From Pristiophorus japonicus (taxonomy: Eukaryota), in contig NC_091989.1 of NCBI RefSeq assembly GCF_044704955.1, positions 98,270,001 through 98,334,000 of the forward strand: a stretch of 64,000 nucleotides of DNA, given 5' to 3'. The notes under the pieces were generated by a model that saw only the letters and a list, made by a program, of their open reading frames with translations, ran no database searches and had not been told where the DNA came from. Each line of letters opens with the position of its first letter. Position 1 is the stretch's first letter. Position numbers and translations under genes: made by a program. Shown one piece after another: positions 49,101-62,368 of this stretch.

Positions 49101-52100
49101 TCGGAGAGTGGGAGTGTGCGGGAGAGTCAGAGAGCGGGAGAGTTCGAGAGAGTCGGAGAGCAAGAGAGCTCGGGAGAGTCGGACAGCAGGAGAATTCGGG
49201 AGAGTCGGAGAGCGGGAGAGTTCGGGAGAGTCGGAGAGCAAGAGAGCTCGGGAGATTCGGAGAGCAGGAGAATTCGGGAGAGTCAGAGAGCAAGAGACCT
49301 CGGGAGAGTCGGAGAGCGGGAGTGTGCGGGAGAGTCGGAGAGCGGGAGAGTTCGGGAGAGTCGGAGAGCAAGAGAGCTCGGGAGAGTGGGAGAGTGGGAG
49401 TGTGCGGGAGAGTCAGAGAGTGGGAGAGTTCAGGAGAGTCGGAGAGCAAGAGAGCTCGGGAGATTCGGAGAGCAGGAGAATTCGGGAGAGTCAGAGAGCA
49501 AGAGACCTCGGGAGAGTCGGAGAGCGGGAGAGTCCGGGAGAGTCGGAGAGCAAGTGAGCTCAGGAGAGTCGGAGAGCGGGAGTGTGCGGGAGAGTCGGAG
49601 AGCGGGAGAGTTCGGGAGAGTCGGAGAGCAAGAGAGCTCGGGAGAGTTGGAGAGCGGGAGTGTGCGGGAGAGTCGGAGAGCGGGAGAGTTCGGGAGAGTC
49701 GGAGAGCGGGAGAGCTCGGGAGAGTCAGAGAGCGGGAGCGTGCAGGAGAGTCGGAGAGCGGGAGAGTTCGGGAGAGTTCGGGAGAGTCGGAGAGCGGGAG
49801 AGTTCGGGAGAGTCGGAGAGCGGGAGTGTTCTGGAGAGACCAAGAGCAGGATAGTTAAGGAGAGTCGGAGAGTGGGAGAGTTCGGGAGAGACCAAGAGCG
49901 GGATAGTTCAGGAGAGTCGGAGAGCGGGAGTGTGCGGGAGAGTCAGAGAGTGGGAGAGTTCAGGAGAGTCGGAGAGCAAGAGAGCTCGGGAGAGGCGGAG
50001 AGCGGGAGTGTGTGGGAGAGTCGGAGAGCGGGAGAGATCGGGAGAGTCAGAGAGTGGGAGTGTGCGGGAGAGTCGGAGAGCGGGAGAGTTCGGGAGAGTC
50101 GGAGAGCAAGAGAGTTTGGGAGAGTCGGAGAGCGGGGGTGTGCGGGAGAGTTGGAGAGCGGGAGAGTCCGGGAGAGTCGGAGAGCGGGAGAGTTCGGGAG
50201 AGTCGGAGAGCAAGAGAGCTTGGGAGAGCCAGAGAGCGGGAGTGTGCGGGAGAGTCAGAGAGTGGGAGAGTTCAGGAGAGTCGGAGAGGAAGAGACCTCG
50301 GGAGAGTCAGAGAGCGGGAGTGTGCGGGAGAGTCGGAGAGCGGGAGAGTTCGGGAGAGTCGGAGAGGAAGAGAGCTCGGGAGAGTCGGAGAGCTGGAGTG
50401 TGCGGGAGAGTCGGAGAGCGGGAGAGTTCGGGAGAGTCGGAGAGCAAGTGAGCTCGGGAGAGTCGGAGAGCGGGAGTGTGCGGGAGAGTCGGAGAGCGGG
50501 AGAGTTCGGGAGAGTCGGAGCGCAAGAGACCTCGGGAGAGTCGGAGAGCGGGAGTGTGCGGGAGAGTCGGAGAGCGGGAGAGTTCGGGAGAGTCGGAGAG
50601 CAAGAGAGCTCGGGAGAGTCGGAGAGCGGGAGTGTGCGGGAGAGTCGGAGATCGGGAGAGTTCGGGAGAGTCAGAGAGTGGGAGTGTGCAGGAGAGTCGG
50701 AGAGCGGGAGAGTTCGGGAGAGTTGGAGAGCAAGAGAGTTCGGGAGAGTCGGAGAGCGGGAGTGTGCGGGAGAGTTGGAGAGCGGGAGAGTCCGGGAGAG
50801 TCGGAGAGCGGGAGAGTTCGGGAGAGTCGGAGAGCAAGAGAGCTCGGGAGAGTCGGAGAGCGAGAGTGTGTGGGAGAGTCAGAGAGTGGGAGACTTCAGG
50901 AGAGTCGGAGAGCAAGAGAGCTCGGGAGAGTCGGAGAGCGGGAGAGTCGGAGAGCGGGAGTGTTCGGGAGAGACCAAGAGCAGGATAGTTAAGGAGAGTC
51001 GGAGAGTGGGAGAGCTCGGGAGAGTCGGAGAGCGGGAGCGTGCAGGAGAGTCGGAGAGCGGGAGAGTTCGGGAGAGTTCGGGAGAGTCGGAGAGCGGGAG
51101 AGTGTGGGAGAGTCGGAGAGTGGGAGTGTTCGGGAGAGACCAAGAGCAGGATAGTTAAGGAGAGTCGGGGAGCGGGAGAGTTCGGGAGAGTCGGAGAGTG
51201 GGAGTGTGCGGGAGAGTCAGAGAGCGGGAGAGTTCGAGAGAGTCGGAGAGCAAGAGAGCTCGGGAGAGTCGGACAGCAGGAGAATTCGGGAGAGTCGGAG
51301 AGCGGGAGAGTTCGGGAGAGTCGGAGAGCAAGAGAGCTCGGGAGATTCGGAGAGCAGGAGAATTCGGGAGAGTCAGAGAGCAAGAGACCTCGGGAGAGTC
51401 GGAGAGCGGGAGTGTGCGGGAGAGTCGGAGAGCGGGAGAGTTCGGGAGAGTCGGAGAGCAAGAGAGCTCGGGAGAGTGGGAGAGTGGGAGTGTGCGGGAG
51501 AGTCAGAGAGTGGGAGAGTTCAGGAGAGTCGGAGAGCAAGAGAGCTCGGGAGATTCGGAGAGCAGGAGAATTCGGGAGAGTCAGAGAGCAAGAGACCTCG
51601 GGAGAGTTGGAGAGCGGGAGAGTCCGGGAGAGTCGGAGAGCAAGTGAGCTCAGGAGAGTCGGAGAGCGGGAGTGTGCGGGAGAGTCGGAGAGCGGGAGAG
51701 TTCGGGAGAGTCGGAGAGCAAGAGAGCTCGGGAGAGTCGGAGAGCGGGAGTGTGCGGGAGAGTCGGAGAGCGGGAGAGTTCGGGAGAGTCGGAGAGCAAG
51801 AGAGCTCGGGAGAGTCAGAGAGCGGGAGCGTGCGGGAGAGTCGGAGAGCGGGAGAGTTCGGGAGAGTTCGGGAGAGTCGGAGAGCGGGAGAGTTCGGGAG
51901 AGTCGGAGAGCGGGAGTGTTCTGGAGAGACCAAGAGCAGGATAGTTAAGGAGAGTCGGAGAGTGGGAGAGTTCGGGAGAGACCAAGAGCGGGATAGTTCA
52001 GGAGAGTCGGAGAGCGGGAGAGTTCGGGAGAGTCGGAGAGTGGGCGTGTGCGGGAGAGTCGGAGAGCGGGAGCGTTCGGGAGAGTCGGAGAGCAAGAGAG

Positions 52101-55100
52101 TCCGGGAGAGTCGGACAGCAGGAGAATTCGGGAGAGTCGGAGAGCAGGAGAGTTCGGGAGAGTCGGAGAGCAAGAGAGCTCGGGAGATTCGGAGAGCAGG
52201 AGAATTCGGGAGAGTCAGAGAGCAAGAGACCTCGGGAGAGTCGGAGAGCGGGAGTGTTCTGGAGAGACCAAGAGCAGGATAGTTACGGAGAGTCGGAGAG
52301 TGGGAGAGTTCGGGAGAGACCAAGAGCGGGATAGTTCAGGAGAGTCGGAGAGCGGGAGAGTTCGGGAGAGTCGGAGAGTGGGCGTGTGCGGGAGAGTCGG
52401 AGAGCGGGAGAGTTCGGGAGAGTCGGAGAGCAAGAGAGCTCGGGAGAGTCGGAGAGCGAGAGTGTGTGGGAGAGTCAGAGAGTGGGAGAGTTCAGGAGAG
52501 TCGGAGAGCAAGAGAGCTCGGGAGAGTCGGAGAGCGGGAGAGTCGGAGAGCGGGAGTGTTCGGGAGAGACCAAGAGCAGGATAGTTAAGGAGAGTCGGAG
52601 AGTGGGAGAGCTCGGGAGAGTCGGAGAGCGGGAGCGTGCAGGAGAGTCGGAGAGCGGGAGAGTTCGGGAGAGTTCGGGAGAGTCGGAGAGCGGGAGAGTG
52701 TGGGAGAGTCGGAGAGTGGGAGTGTTCGGGAGAGACCAAGAGCAGGATAGTTAAGGAGAGTCGGAGAGTGGGAGAGTTCGGGAGAGACCAAGAGCAGGAT
52801 AGTTAAGGAGAGTCGGGGAGCGGGAGAGTTCGGGAGAGTCGGAGAGTGGGAGTGTGCGGGAGAGTCAGAGAGCGGGAGAGTTCGAGAGAGTCGGAGAGCA
52901 AGAGAGCTCGGGAGAGTCGGACAGCAGGAGAATTCGGGAGAGTCGGAGAGCGGGAGAGTTCGGGAGAGTCGGAGAGCAAGAGAGCTCGGGAGATTCGGAG
53001 AGCAGGAGAATTCGGGAGAGTCAGAGAGCAAGAGACCTCGGGAGAGTCGGAGAGCGGGAGTGTGCGGGAGAGTCGGAGAGCGGGAGAGTTCGGGAGCGTC
53101 GGAGAGCAAGAGAGCTCGGGAGAGTGGGAGAGTGGGAGTGTGCGGGAGAGTCAGAGAGTGGGAGAGTTCAGGAGAGTCGGTGAGCAAGAGAGCTCGGGAG
53201 ATTCGGAGAGCAGGAGAATTCGGGAGAGTCAGAGAGCAAGAGACCTCGGGAGAGTCGGAGAGCGGGAGAGTCCGGGAGAGTCGGAGAGCAAGTGAGCTCA
53301 GGAGAGTCGGAGAGCGGGAGTGTGCGGGAGAGTCGGAGAGCGGGAGAGTTCGGGAGAGTCGGAGAGCAAGAGAGCTCGGGAGAGTCGGAGAGCGGGAGTG
53401 TGCGGGAGAGTCGGAGAGCGGGAGAGTTCGGGAGAGTCGGAGAGCAAGAGAGCTCGGGAGAGTCAGAGAGCGGGAGCGTGCGGGAGAGTCGGAGAGCGGG
53501 AGAGTTCGGGAGAGTTCGGGAGAGTCGGAGAGCGGGAGAGTTCGGGAGAGTCGGAGAGCGGGAGTGTTCTGGAGAGACCAAGAGCAGGATAGTTAAGGAG
53601 AGTCGGAGAGTGGGAGAGTTCGGGAGAGACCAAGAGCGGGATAGTTCAGGAGAGTCGGAGAGCGGGAGAGTTCGGGAGAGTCGGAGAGTGGGCGTGTGCG
53701 GGAGAGTCGGAGAGCGGGAGCGTTCGGGAGAGTCGGAGAGCAAGAGAGTCCGGGAGAGTCGGACAGCAGGAGAATTCGGGAGAGTCGGAGAGCAGGAGAG
53801 TTCGGGAGAGTCGGAGAGCAAGAGAGCTTGGGAGATTCGGAGAGCAGGAGAATTCGGGAGAGTCAGAGAGCAAGAGACCTCGGGAGAGTCGGAGAGCGGG
53901 AGTGTGCGGGAGTGTCGGAGAGCGGGAGAGTTCGGGAGAGTCGGAGAGCAAGGGAGCTCGGGAGAGTCGGAGAGCGGGAGTGTGCGGGAGAATCGGAGAG
54001 CGGGAGAGTTATGGAGAGTCAGAGAGTGGGAGTGTGCGGGAGAGTCGGAGAGCGGGAGAGCTCGGGAGAGTCGGAGAGCAGGAGAGTTCGGGAGAGTCAG
54101 AGAGCAAGAGACCTCGGGAGAGTCGGAGAGTGGGAGTGTGCGGGAGAGTCGGAGAGCGGGAGAGTTCGGGAGAGTCGGAGAGCAAGAGAGCTCGGGAGAG
54201 TCGGAGAGCGGGAGTGTGCGGGAGAGTCGGAGAGCGGGAGAGTTCGGGAGAGTCAGAGAGTTGGAGTGTGCGGGAGAGTCGGAGAGCAAGAGAGTTCGGG
54301 AGAGTCGGAGAGCGGGAGTGTGCGGGAGAGTTGGAGAGCGGGAGAGTTCGGGAGAGTCGGAGAGCGGGAGAGTTCGGGAGAGTCGGAGAGCAAGAGACCT
54401 CGGGAGAGTCAGAGAGCGGGAGTGTGCGGGAGAGTCAGAGAGTGGGAGAGTTCAGGAGAGTCGGAGAGCAAGAGAGCTCGGGAGAGTCGGAGAGCGGGAG
54501 TGTGTGGGAGAGTCGGAGAGCGGGAGAGTTCGGGAGAGTCAGATAGTGGGAGTGTGCGGGAGAGTCGGAGAGCGGGAGAGTTTGGGAGAGTCGGAGAGCG
54601 GGAGTGTGCGGGAGAGTCGGAGAGCGGGAGAGTTCGGGAGAGTCAGAGAGTTGGAGTGTGCGGGAGAGTCGGAGAGCAAGAGAGTTCGGGAGAGTCGGAG
54701 AGCGGGAGTGTGCGGGAGAGTTGGAGAGCGGGAGAGTTCGGGAGAGTCGGAGAGCGGGAGAGTTCGGGAGAGTCGGAGAGCAAGAGACCTCGGGAGAGTC
54801 AGAGAGCGGGAGTGTGCGGGAGAGTCAGAGAGTGGGAGAGTTCAGGAGAGTCGGAGAGCAAGAGAGCTCGGGAGAGTCGGAGAGCGGGAGTGTGTGGGAG
54901 AGTCGGAGAGCGGGAGAGTTCGGGAGAGTCAGATAGTGGGAGTGTGCGGGAGAGTCGGAGAGCGGGAGAGTTTGGGAGAGTCGGAGAGCAAGAGAGTTCG
55001 GGAGAGTCGGAGAGCGGGGCTGTGCGGGAGAGTTGGAGAGCGGGAGAGTCCGGGAGAGTCGGAGAGCGGGAGAGTTCGGGAGAGTCGGAGAGCAAGAGAG

Positions 55101-58100
55101 CTTGGGAGAGCCGGAGAGCGGGAGTGTGCGAGAGAGTCAGAGAGTGGGAGAGTTCAGGAGAGTCGGAGAGGAAGAGACCTCGGGAGAGTCAGAGAGCGGG
55201 AGTGTGCGGGAGAGTCGGAGAGCGGGAGAGTTCGGGAGAGTCGGAGAGCAAAAGAGCTCGGGAGAGTCGGAGAGCGAGAGTGTGCGGGAGAATCGGAGAG
55301 CGGGAGAGTTCGGGAGAGTCGGAGAGCAAGAGAGCTCGGGAGAGTCGGAGAGCGGGAGAGTCGGAGAGCGGGAGTGTTCGGGAGAGACCAAGAGCAGGAT
55401 AGTTAAGGAGAGTCGGAGAGTGGGAGAGCTCGGGAGAGTCGGAGAGCGGGAGCGTGCAGGAGAGTCGGAGAGCGGGAGAGTTCGGGAGAGTTCGGGAGAG
55501 TCGGAGAGCGGGAGAGTGTGGGAGAGTCGGAGAGTGGGAGTGTTCGGGAGAGACCAAGAGCAGGATAGTTAAGGAGAGTCGGAGAGTGGGAGAGTTCGGG
55601 AGAGACCAAGAGCAGGATAGTTAAGGAGAGTCGGGGAGCGGGAGAGTTCGGGAGAGTCGGAGAGTGGGAGTGTGCGGGAGAGTCAGAGAGCGGGAGAGTT
55701 CGAGAGAGTCGGAGAGCAAGAGAGCTCGGGAGAGTCGGACAGCAGGAGAATTCGGGAGAGTCGGAGAGCGGGAGAGTTCGGGAGAGTCGGAGAGCAAGAG
55801 AGCTCGGGAGATTCGGAGAGCAGGAGAATTCGGGAGAGTCAGAGAGCAAGAGACCTCGGGAGAGTCGGAGAGCGGGAGTGTGCGGGAGAGTCGGAGAGCG
55901 GGAGAGTTCGGGAGAGTCGGAGAGCAAGAGAGCTCGGGAGAGTGGGAGAGTGGGAGTGTGCGGGAGAGTCAGAGAGTGGGAGAGTTCAGGAGAGTCGGTG
56001 AGCAAGAGAGCTCGGGAGATTCGGAGAGCAGGAGAATTCGGGAGAGTCAGAGAGCAAGAGACCTCGGGAGAGTCGGAGAGCGGGAGAGTCCGGGAGAGTC
56101 GGAGAGCAAGTGAGCTCAGGAGAGTCGGAGAGCGGGAGTGTGCGGGAGAGTCGGAGAGCGGGAGAGTTCGGGAGAGTCGGAGAGCAAGAGAGCTCGGGAG
56201 AGTCGGAGAGCGGGAGTGTGCGGGAGAGTCGGAGAGCGGGAGAGTTCGGGAGAGTCGGAGAGCAAGAGAGCTCGGGAGAGTCAGAGAGCGGGAGCGTGCG
56301 GGAGAGTCGGAGAGCGGGAGAGTTCGGGAGAGTTCGGGAGAGTCGGAGAGCGGGAGAGTTCGGGAGAGTCGGAGAGCGGGAGTGTTCTGGAGAGACCAAG
56401 AGCAGGATAGTTAAGGAGAGTCGGAGAGTGGGAGAGTTCGGGAGAGACCAAGAGCGGGATAGTTCAGGAGAGTCGGAGAGCGGGAGAGTTCGGGAGAGTC
56501 GGAGAGTGGGCGTCTGCGGGAGAGTCGGAGAGCGGGAGCGTTCGGGAGAGTCGGAGAGCAAGAGAGTCCGGGAGAGTCGGACAGCAGGAGAATTCGGGAG
56601 AGTCGGAGAGCAGGAGAGTTCGGGAGAGTCGGAGAGCAAGAGAGCTCGGGAGATTCGGAGAGCAGGAGAATTCGGGAGAGTCAGAGAGCAAGAGACCTCG
56701 GGAGAGTCGGAGAGCGGGAGTGTGCGGGAGTGTCGGAGAGCGGGAGAGTTCGGGAGAGTCGGAGAGCAAGGGAGCTCGGGAGAGTCGGAGAGCGGGAGTG
56801 TGCGGGAGAATCGGAGAGCGGGAGAGTTATGGAGAGTCAGAGAGTGGGAGTGTGCGGGAGAGTCGGAGAGCGGGAGAGCTCGGGAGAGTCGGAGAGCAGG
56901 AGAGTTCGGGAGAGTCAGAGAGCAAGAGACCTCGGGAGAGTCGGAGAGTGGGAGTGTGCGGGAGAGTCGGAGAGCGGGAGAGTTCGGGAGAGTCGGAGAG
57001 CAAGAGAGCTCGGGAGAGTCGGAGAGCGGGAGTGTGCGGGAGAGTCGGAGAGCAAGAGAGTTCGGGAGAGTCGGAGAGCGGGAGTGTGCGGGAGAGTTGG
57101 AGAGCGGGAGAGTTCGGGAGAGTCGGAGAGCGGGAGAGTTCGGGAGAGTCGGAGAGCAAGAGACCTCGGGAGAGTCAGAGAGCGGGAGTGTGCGGGAGAG
57201 TCAGAGAGTGGGAGAGTTCAGGAGAGTCGGAGAGCAAGAGAGCTCGGGAGAGTCGGAGAGCGGGAGTGTGTGGGAGAGTCGGAGAGCGGGAGAGTTCGGG
57301 AGAGTCAGATAGTGGGAGTGTGCGGGAGAGTCGGAGAGCGGGAGAGTTTGGGAGAGTCGGAGAGCAAGAGAGTTCGGGAGAGTCGGAGAGCGGGGCTGTG
57401 CGGGAGAGTTGGAGAGCGGGAGAGTCCGGGAGAGTCGGAGAGCGGGAGAGTTCGGGAGAGTCGGAGAGCAAGAGAGCTTGGGAGAGCCGGAGAGCGGGAG
57501 TGTGCGAGAGAGTCAGAGAGTGGGAGAGTTCAGGAGAGTCGGAGAGGAAGAGACCTCGGGAGAGTCAGAGAGCGGGAGTGTGCGGGAGAGTCGGAGAGCG
57601 GGAGAGTTCGGGAGAGTCGGAGAGCAAAAGAGCTCGGGAGAGTCGGAGAGCGAGAGTGTGCGGGAGAATCGGAGAGCGGGAGAGTTATGGAGAGTCAGAG
57701 AGTGGGAGTGTGCGGGAGAGTCGGAGAGCGGGAGAGCTCGGGAGAGTCGGAGAGCAGGAGAGTTCGGGAGAGTGAGAGAGCAAGAGACCTCGGGAGAGTC
57801 GGAGAGCGGGAGTGTGCGGGAGAGTCGGAGAGCGGGAGAGTTCGGGAGAGTCGGAGAGCAAGAGAGCTTGGGAGAGTCGGAGAGCGGGAGTGTGCGGGAG
57901 AGTTGGAGAGCGGGAGAGTTCGGGAGAGTCAGAGAGTGGGAGTGTGCGGGAGAGTCGGAGAGCAAGAGAGTTCGGGAGAGTCGGAGAGCGGGAGTGTGCG
58001 GGAGAGTTGGAGAGCGGGAGAGTTCGGGAGAGTCGGAGAGCGGGAGAGTTCAGGAGAGTCGGAGAGCAGGAGAGTTCGATGAGTCGGAGAGTTCGGGAGA

Positions 58101-61100
58101 GTCGGAGAGCAGGAGAGTTTGAGAGAGACCGAGAGCAGGAGAGTTCGGGAGAGTCAGAGAGCAGGAGAGTTCGGGAGAGTTGGAGAGCAGGTGAGTTTGA
58201 GAGAGATCGAGAGCGGGAGAGTTCGGGAGAGTCGGAGAGCAAGAGAGCTCGGGAGATTCGGAGAGCGGGAGTGTGCGGGAGAGTCGGAGAGCGGGAGAGT
58301 TCGGGAGAGTCAGAGAGTGGGAGTGTGCGGGAGAGTCGGAGAGCAAGAGACCTCGGGAGAGTCGGAGAGCGGGAGTGTGCGGGAGAGTCGGAGAGCGGGA
58401 GAGTTCAGGAGAGTCGGAGAGCAAGAGAGCTCGGGAGAGTCGGAGAGCGGGGGTGTGCGGGAGTGTCGGAGAGTGGGAGAGTTCAGGAGAGTCGGAGAGC
58501 AAGAGAGCTCGGGAGAGTCGGAGAGCGGGAGAGTTCGGGAGAGACCAAGAGCAGGATAGTTAAGGGGAGTCGGAGAGTGGGAGATTTCGGGAGAGACCAA
58601 GAGCGGGATAGTTCAGGAGAGTCGGAGAGCAGGAGAGTGCGGGAGAGTCAGAAAGCAGGAGAGTTTGGGAGAGTCAGAAAGCAGGAGAGTTCGGGAGAGT
58701 CGGAGAGTTCGGGCGAGTCAGAGAGTGGGAGAGTTTGGCACAGTCACAAAGCAGGAGAGTTCAGGAGAGTCGGAGAGCGGGAGAGTTCGATGAGTCGGAG
58801 AGTTCGGGAGAGTCGGAGAGCAGGAGAGTTTGAGAGAGACCGAGAGTGGGAGAGTTCGGGAGAGTCGGAGCGTTCGGGAGAGTCAGATAGCAGGAGAGTT
58901 CTGGAGAGTCGGTGAGTTTGGGATAGTTGGTGAGTGCGGGAGAGTCAGAGAGCGGGAGAGTGCGGGAGAGTCAGAGAGCAGGAGAGTTCGGGAGAGTTGG
59001 AGAACAGGAGAGTTTGAGAGAGACTGAGAGCAGGAGAGTTCGGGAGAGTCCGAGAGCAGGAGAGTTCAGGAGAGTCGGTGAGTTTGGGAGAGTTGGAGAG
59101 TTAGGGAGGGTGTGGGAGAGTCAGAGTGCAGGGGAGTTCGGGAGAGTCGGAGAGCAGGAGAGTTTGAGAGAGTCGGAGAGCAGGAGAGTTTGAGAGAGAC
59201 CGAAAGCGGGAGAGTTCGGGAGAGTCGGAGAGTTCGGGAGAGTCGGAGAGCAGGAGAGTTCAGGAGAGTCGGAGAGCAGGAGAGTTCGATGAGTCGGAGA
59301 GTTCGGGAGAGTCGGAGAGCAGGAGAGTTTGAGAGAGACCGAGAGCAGGAGAGTTCGGGAGAGTCAGAGAGCAGGAGAGTTCGGGAGAGTTGGAGAGCAG
59401 GTGAGTTTGAGAGAGATCGAGAGCGGGAGAGTTCGGGAGAGTCGGAGAGCAAGAGAGCTCGGGAGAGTCGGAGAGCGGGAGTGTGCGGGAGAGTTGGAGA
59501 GCGGGAGAGTTCGGGAGAGTCAGAGAGTGGGAGTGTGCGGGAGAGTCGGAGAGCAAGAGAGTTCGGGAGAGTCGGAGAGCGGGAGTGTGCGGGAGAGTTG
59601 GAGAGCGGGAGAGTTCGGGAGAGTCGGAGAGCGGGAGAGTTCGGGAGAGTCGGAGAGCGAGAGAGTTCAGGAGAGTCGGAGAGCAAGAGACCTCGGGAGA
59701 GTCAGAGAGCGGGAGTGTGCGGGAGAGTCGGAGAGCGGGAGAGTTCAGGAGAGTCGGAGAGCAAGTGAGCTCGGGAGAGTCGGAGAGCGGGAGTTGCGGG
59801 AGAGTCGGAGAGCGGGAGAGTTCGGGAGAGTCGGAGAGCAAGAGACCTCGGGAGAGTCGGAGAGCGGGAGTGTGCGGGAGAGTCGGAGAGCGGGAGAGTT
59901 CGGGAGAGTCGGAGAGCAAGAGAGCTCGGGAAAGTCGGAGAGCGGGGTTGTGCGGGAGAGTCGGAGAGTGGGAGAGTTCAGGAGAGTCGGAGAGCAAGAG
60001 AGCTCGGGAGAGTCGGAGAGCGGGAGAGTTCGGGAGAGACCAAGAGCAGGATAGTTAAAGGGAGTCGGAGAGTGGGAGATTTCGGGAGAGACCAAGAGCG
60101 GGATAGTTCAGGAGAGTCGGAGAGCGGGAGAGTGCGGGAGAGTCAGAAAGCAGGAGAGTTTGGGAGAGTCAGAAAGCAGGAGAGTTCGGGAGAGTCGGAG
60201 AGTTCGGGCGAGTCAGAGAGTGGGAGAGTTTGGCAGAGTCACAAAGCAGGAGAGTTCAGGAGAGTCGGAGAGCGGGAGAGTTCGATGAGTCGGAGAGTTC
60301 GGGAGAGTCGGAGAGCAGGAGAGTTTGAGAGGGACCGAGAGTGGGAGAGTTCGGGAGAGTCGGAGCATTCGGGAGAGTCAGATAGCAGGAGAGTTCTGGA
60401 GAGTCGGTGAGTTCGGGAGAGTTGGTGAGTGCGGGAGAGTCAGAGAGCGGGAGAGTGCGGGAGAGTCAGAGAGCAGGAGAGTTCGGGAGAGTTGGAGAAC
60501 AGGAGAGTTTGAGAGAGACCGAGAGCAGGAGAGCTCGGGAGAGTCCGAGAGCAGGAGAGTTCAGGAGAGTCGGTGAGTTTGGGAGAGTCGGAGAGTGTGG
60601 GAGGGTGTGGGAGAGTCAGAGAGCAGGGGAGTTCGGGAGAGTCGGAGAGCAGGAGAGTTTGAGAGAGTCGGAGAGCAGGAGAGTTTGAGAGAGACCGAAA
60701 GCGGGAGAGTTCGGGAGAGTCGGAGAGTTCGGGAGAGTCGGAGAGCAGGAGAGTTCAGGAGAGTCGGAGAGCGGGAGAGTTCGATGAGTCAGAGAGTTCG
60801 GGAGAGTCGGAGAGCAGGAGAGTTTGAGAGAGACCGAGAGCAGGAGAGTTCGGGAGAGTCAGAGAGCAGGAGAGTTCGGGAGAGTTGGAGAGCAGGTGAG
60901 TTTGAGAGAGATCGAGAGCGGGAGAGTTCGGGAGAGATCGAGAGCGGGAGAGTTCGGGAGAGTCGGAGAGCAAGAGAGCTCGGGAGAGTCGGAGAGCGGG
61001 AGTGTGCGGGAGAGTCGGAGAGCGGGAGAGTTCGGGAGAGTCAGAGAGTGGGAGTGTGCGGGAGAGTCGGAGAGCAAGAGAGTTCGGGAGAGTCGGAGAG

Positions 61101-62368
61101 CGGGAGAGTTCAGGAGAGTCGGAGAGCAAGAGACCTCGGGAGAGTCAGAGAGCGGGAGTGTGCGGGAGAGTCGGAGAGCGGGAGACTTCGGGAGAGTCGG
61201 AGAGCAAGTGAGCTCGGGAGAGTCGGAGAGCGGAGTGTGCGGGAGAGTCGGAGAGCGGGAGAGTTCGGGAGAGTCGGAGAGCAAGAGACCTCGGGAGAGT
61301 CGGAGAGCGGGAGTGTGCGGGTGAGTCGGAGAGCGGGAGAGTTCGGGAGAGTCGGAGAGCAAGAGAGCTCGGGAGAGTCGGAGAGCGGGGGTGTGCGGGA
61401 GAGTCGGAGAGTGGGAGAGTTCAGGAGAGTCGGAGAGCAAGAGAGCTCGGGAGAGTCGGAGAGCGGGAGAGTTCGGGAGAGACCAAGAGCAGGATAGTTA
61501 AGGGGAGTCGGAGAGTGGGAGATTTCGGGAGAGACCAAGAGCGGGATAGTTCAGGAGAGTCGGAGAGTGGGAGAGTGCGGGAGAGTCAGAAAGCAGGAGA
61601 GTTTGGGAGAGTCAGAAAGCAGGAGAGTTCGGGAGAGTCGGAGAGTTCGGGCGAGTCAGAGAGTGGGAGAGTTTGGCACAGTCACAAAGCAGGAGAGTTC
61701 AGGAGAGTCGGAGAGCGGGAGAGTTCGATGAGTCGGAGAGTTCGGGAGAGTCGGAGAGCAGGAGAGTTTGAGAGAGACCGAGAGTGGGAGAGTTCGGGAG
61801 AGTCGGAGCGTTCGGGAGAGTCAGATAGCAGGAGAGTTCAGGAGAGTCGGAGAGCGGGAGAGTTCGATGAGTCGGAGAGTTCGGGAGAGTCGGAGAGCAG
61901 GAGAGTTTGAGAGAGACTGAGAGCAGGAGAGTTCGGGAGAGTCCGAGAGCAGGAGAGTTCAGGAGAGTCGGTGAGTTTGGGAGAGTCGGAGAGTGTGGGA
62001 GGGTGTGGGAGAGTCAGAGAGCAGGGGAGTTCGGGAGAGTCGGGGAGCAGGAGAGTTTGAGAGAGTCGGAGAGCAGGAGAGTTTGAGAGAGACCGAAAGC
62101 GGGAGAGTTCGGGAGAGTCGGAGAGTTCGGGAGAGTCGGAGAGCAGGAGAGTTCAGGAGAGTCGGAGAGCGGGAGAGTTCGATGAGTCGGAGAGTTCGGG
62201 AGAGTCGGAGAGCAGGAGAGTTTGAGAGAGACCGAGAGCAGGAGAGTTCGGGAGAGTCAGAGAGCAGGAGAGTTCGGGAGAGTTGGAGAGCAGGTGAGTT
62301 TGAGAGAGATCGAGAGCGGGAGAGTTCGGGAGAGTCGGAGAGTTCGGGAGAGTTGGAGAGTTCGGGAC
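46150..62368. repeat. ~16.2 kb purine-rich satellite; 26-bp consensus GGAGAGTTCG-GGAGAGTC-GGAGAGCG, with higher-order repeats
   Basis: Read directly; 10+8+8 GGAGAG subunits; recurring variant blocks at kb-scale offsets. Confidence 0.98.

Noticed and set aside
46150-62368. CRISPR-like repeat/spacer array
   Set aside because: No unique spacers and no cas genes; eukaryotic context
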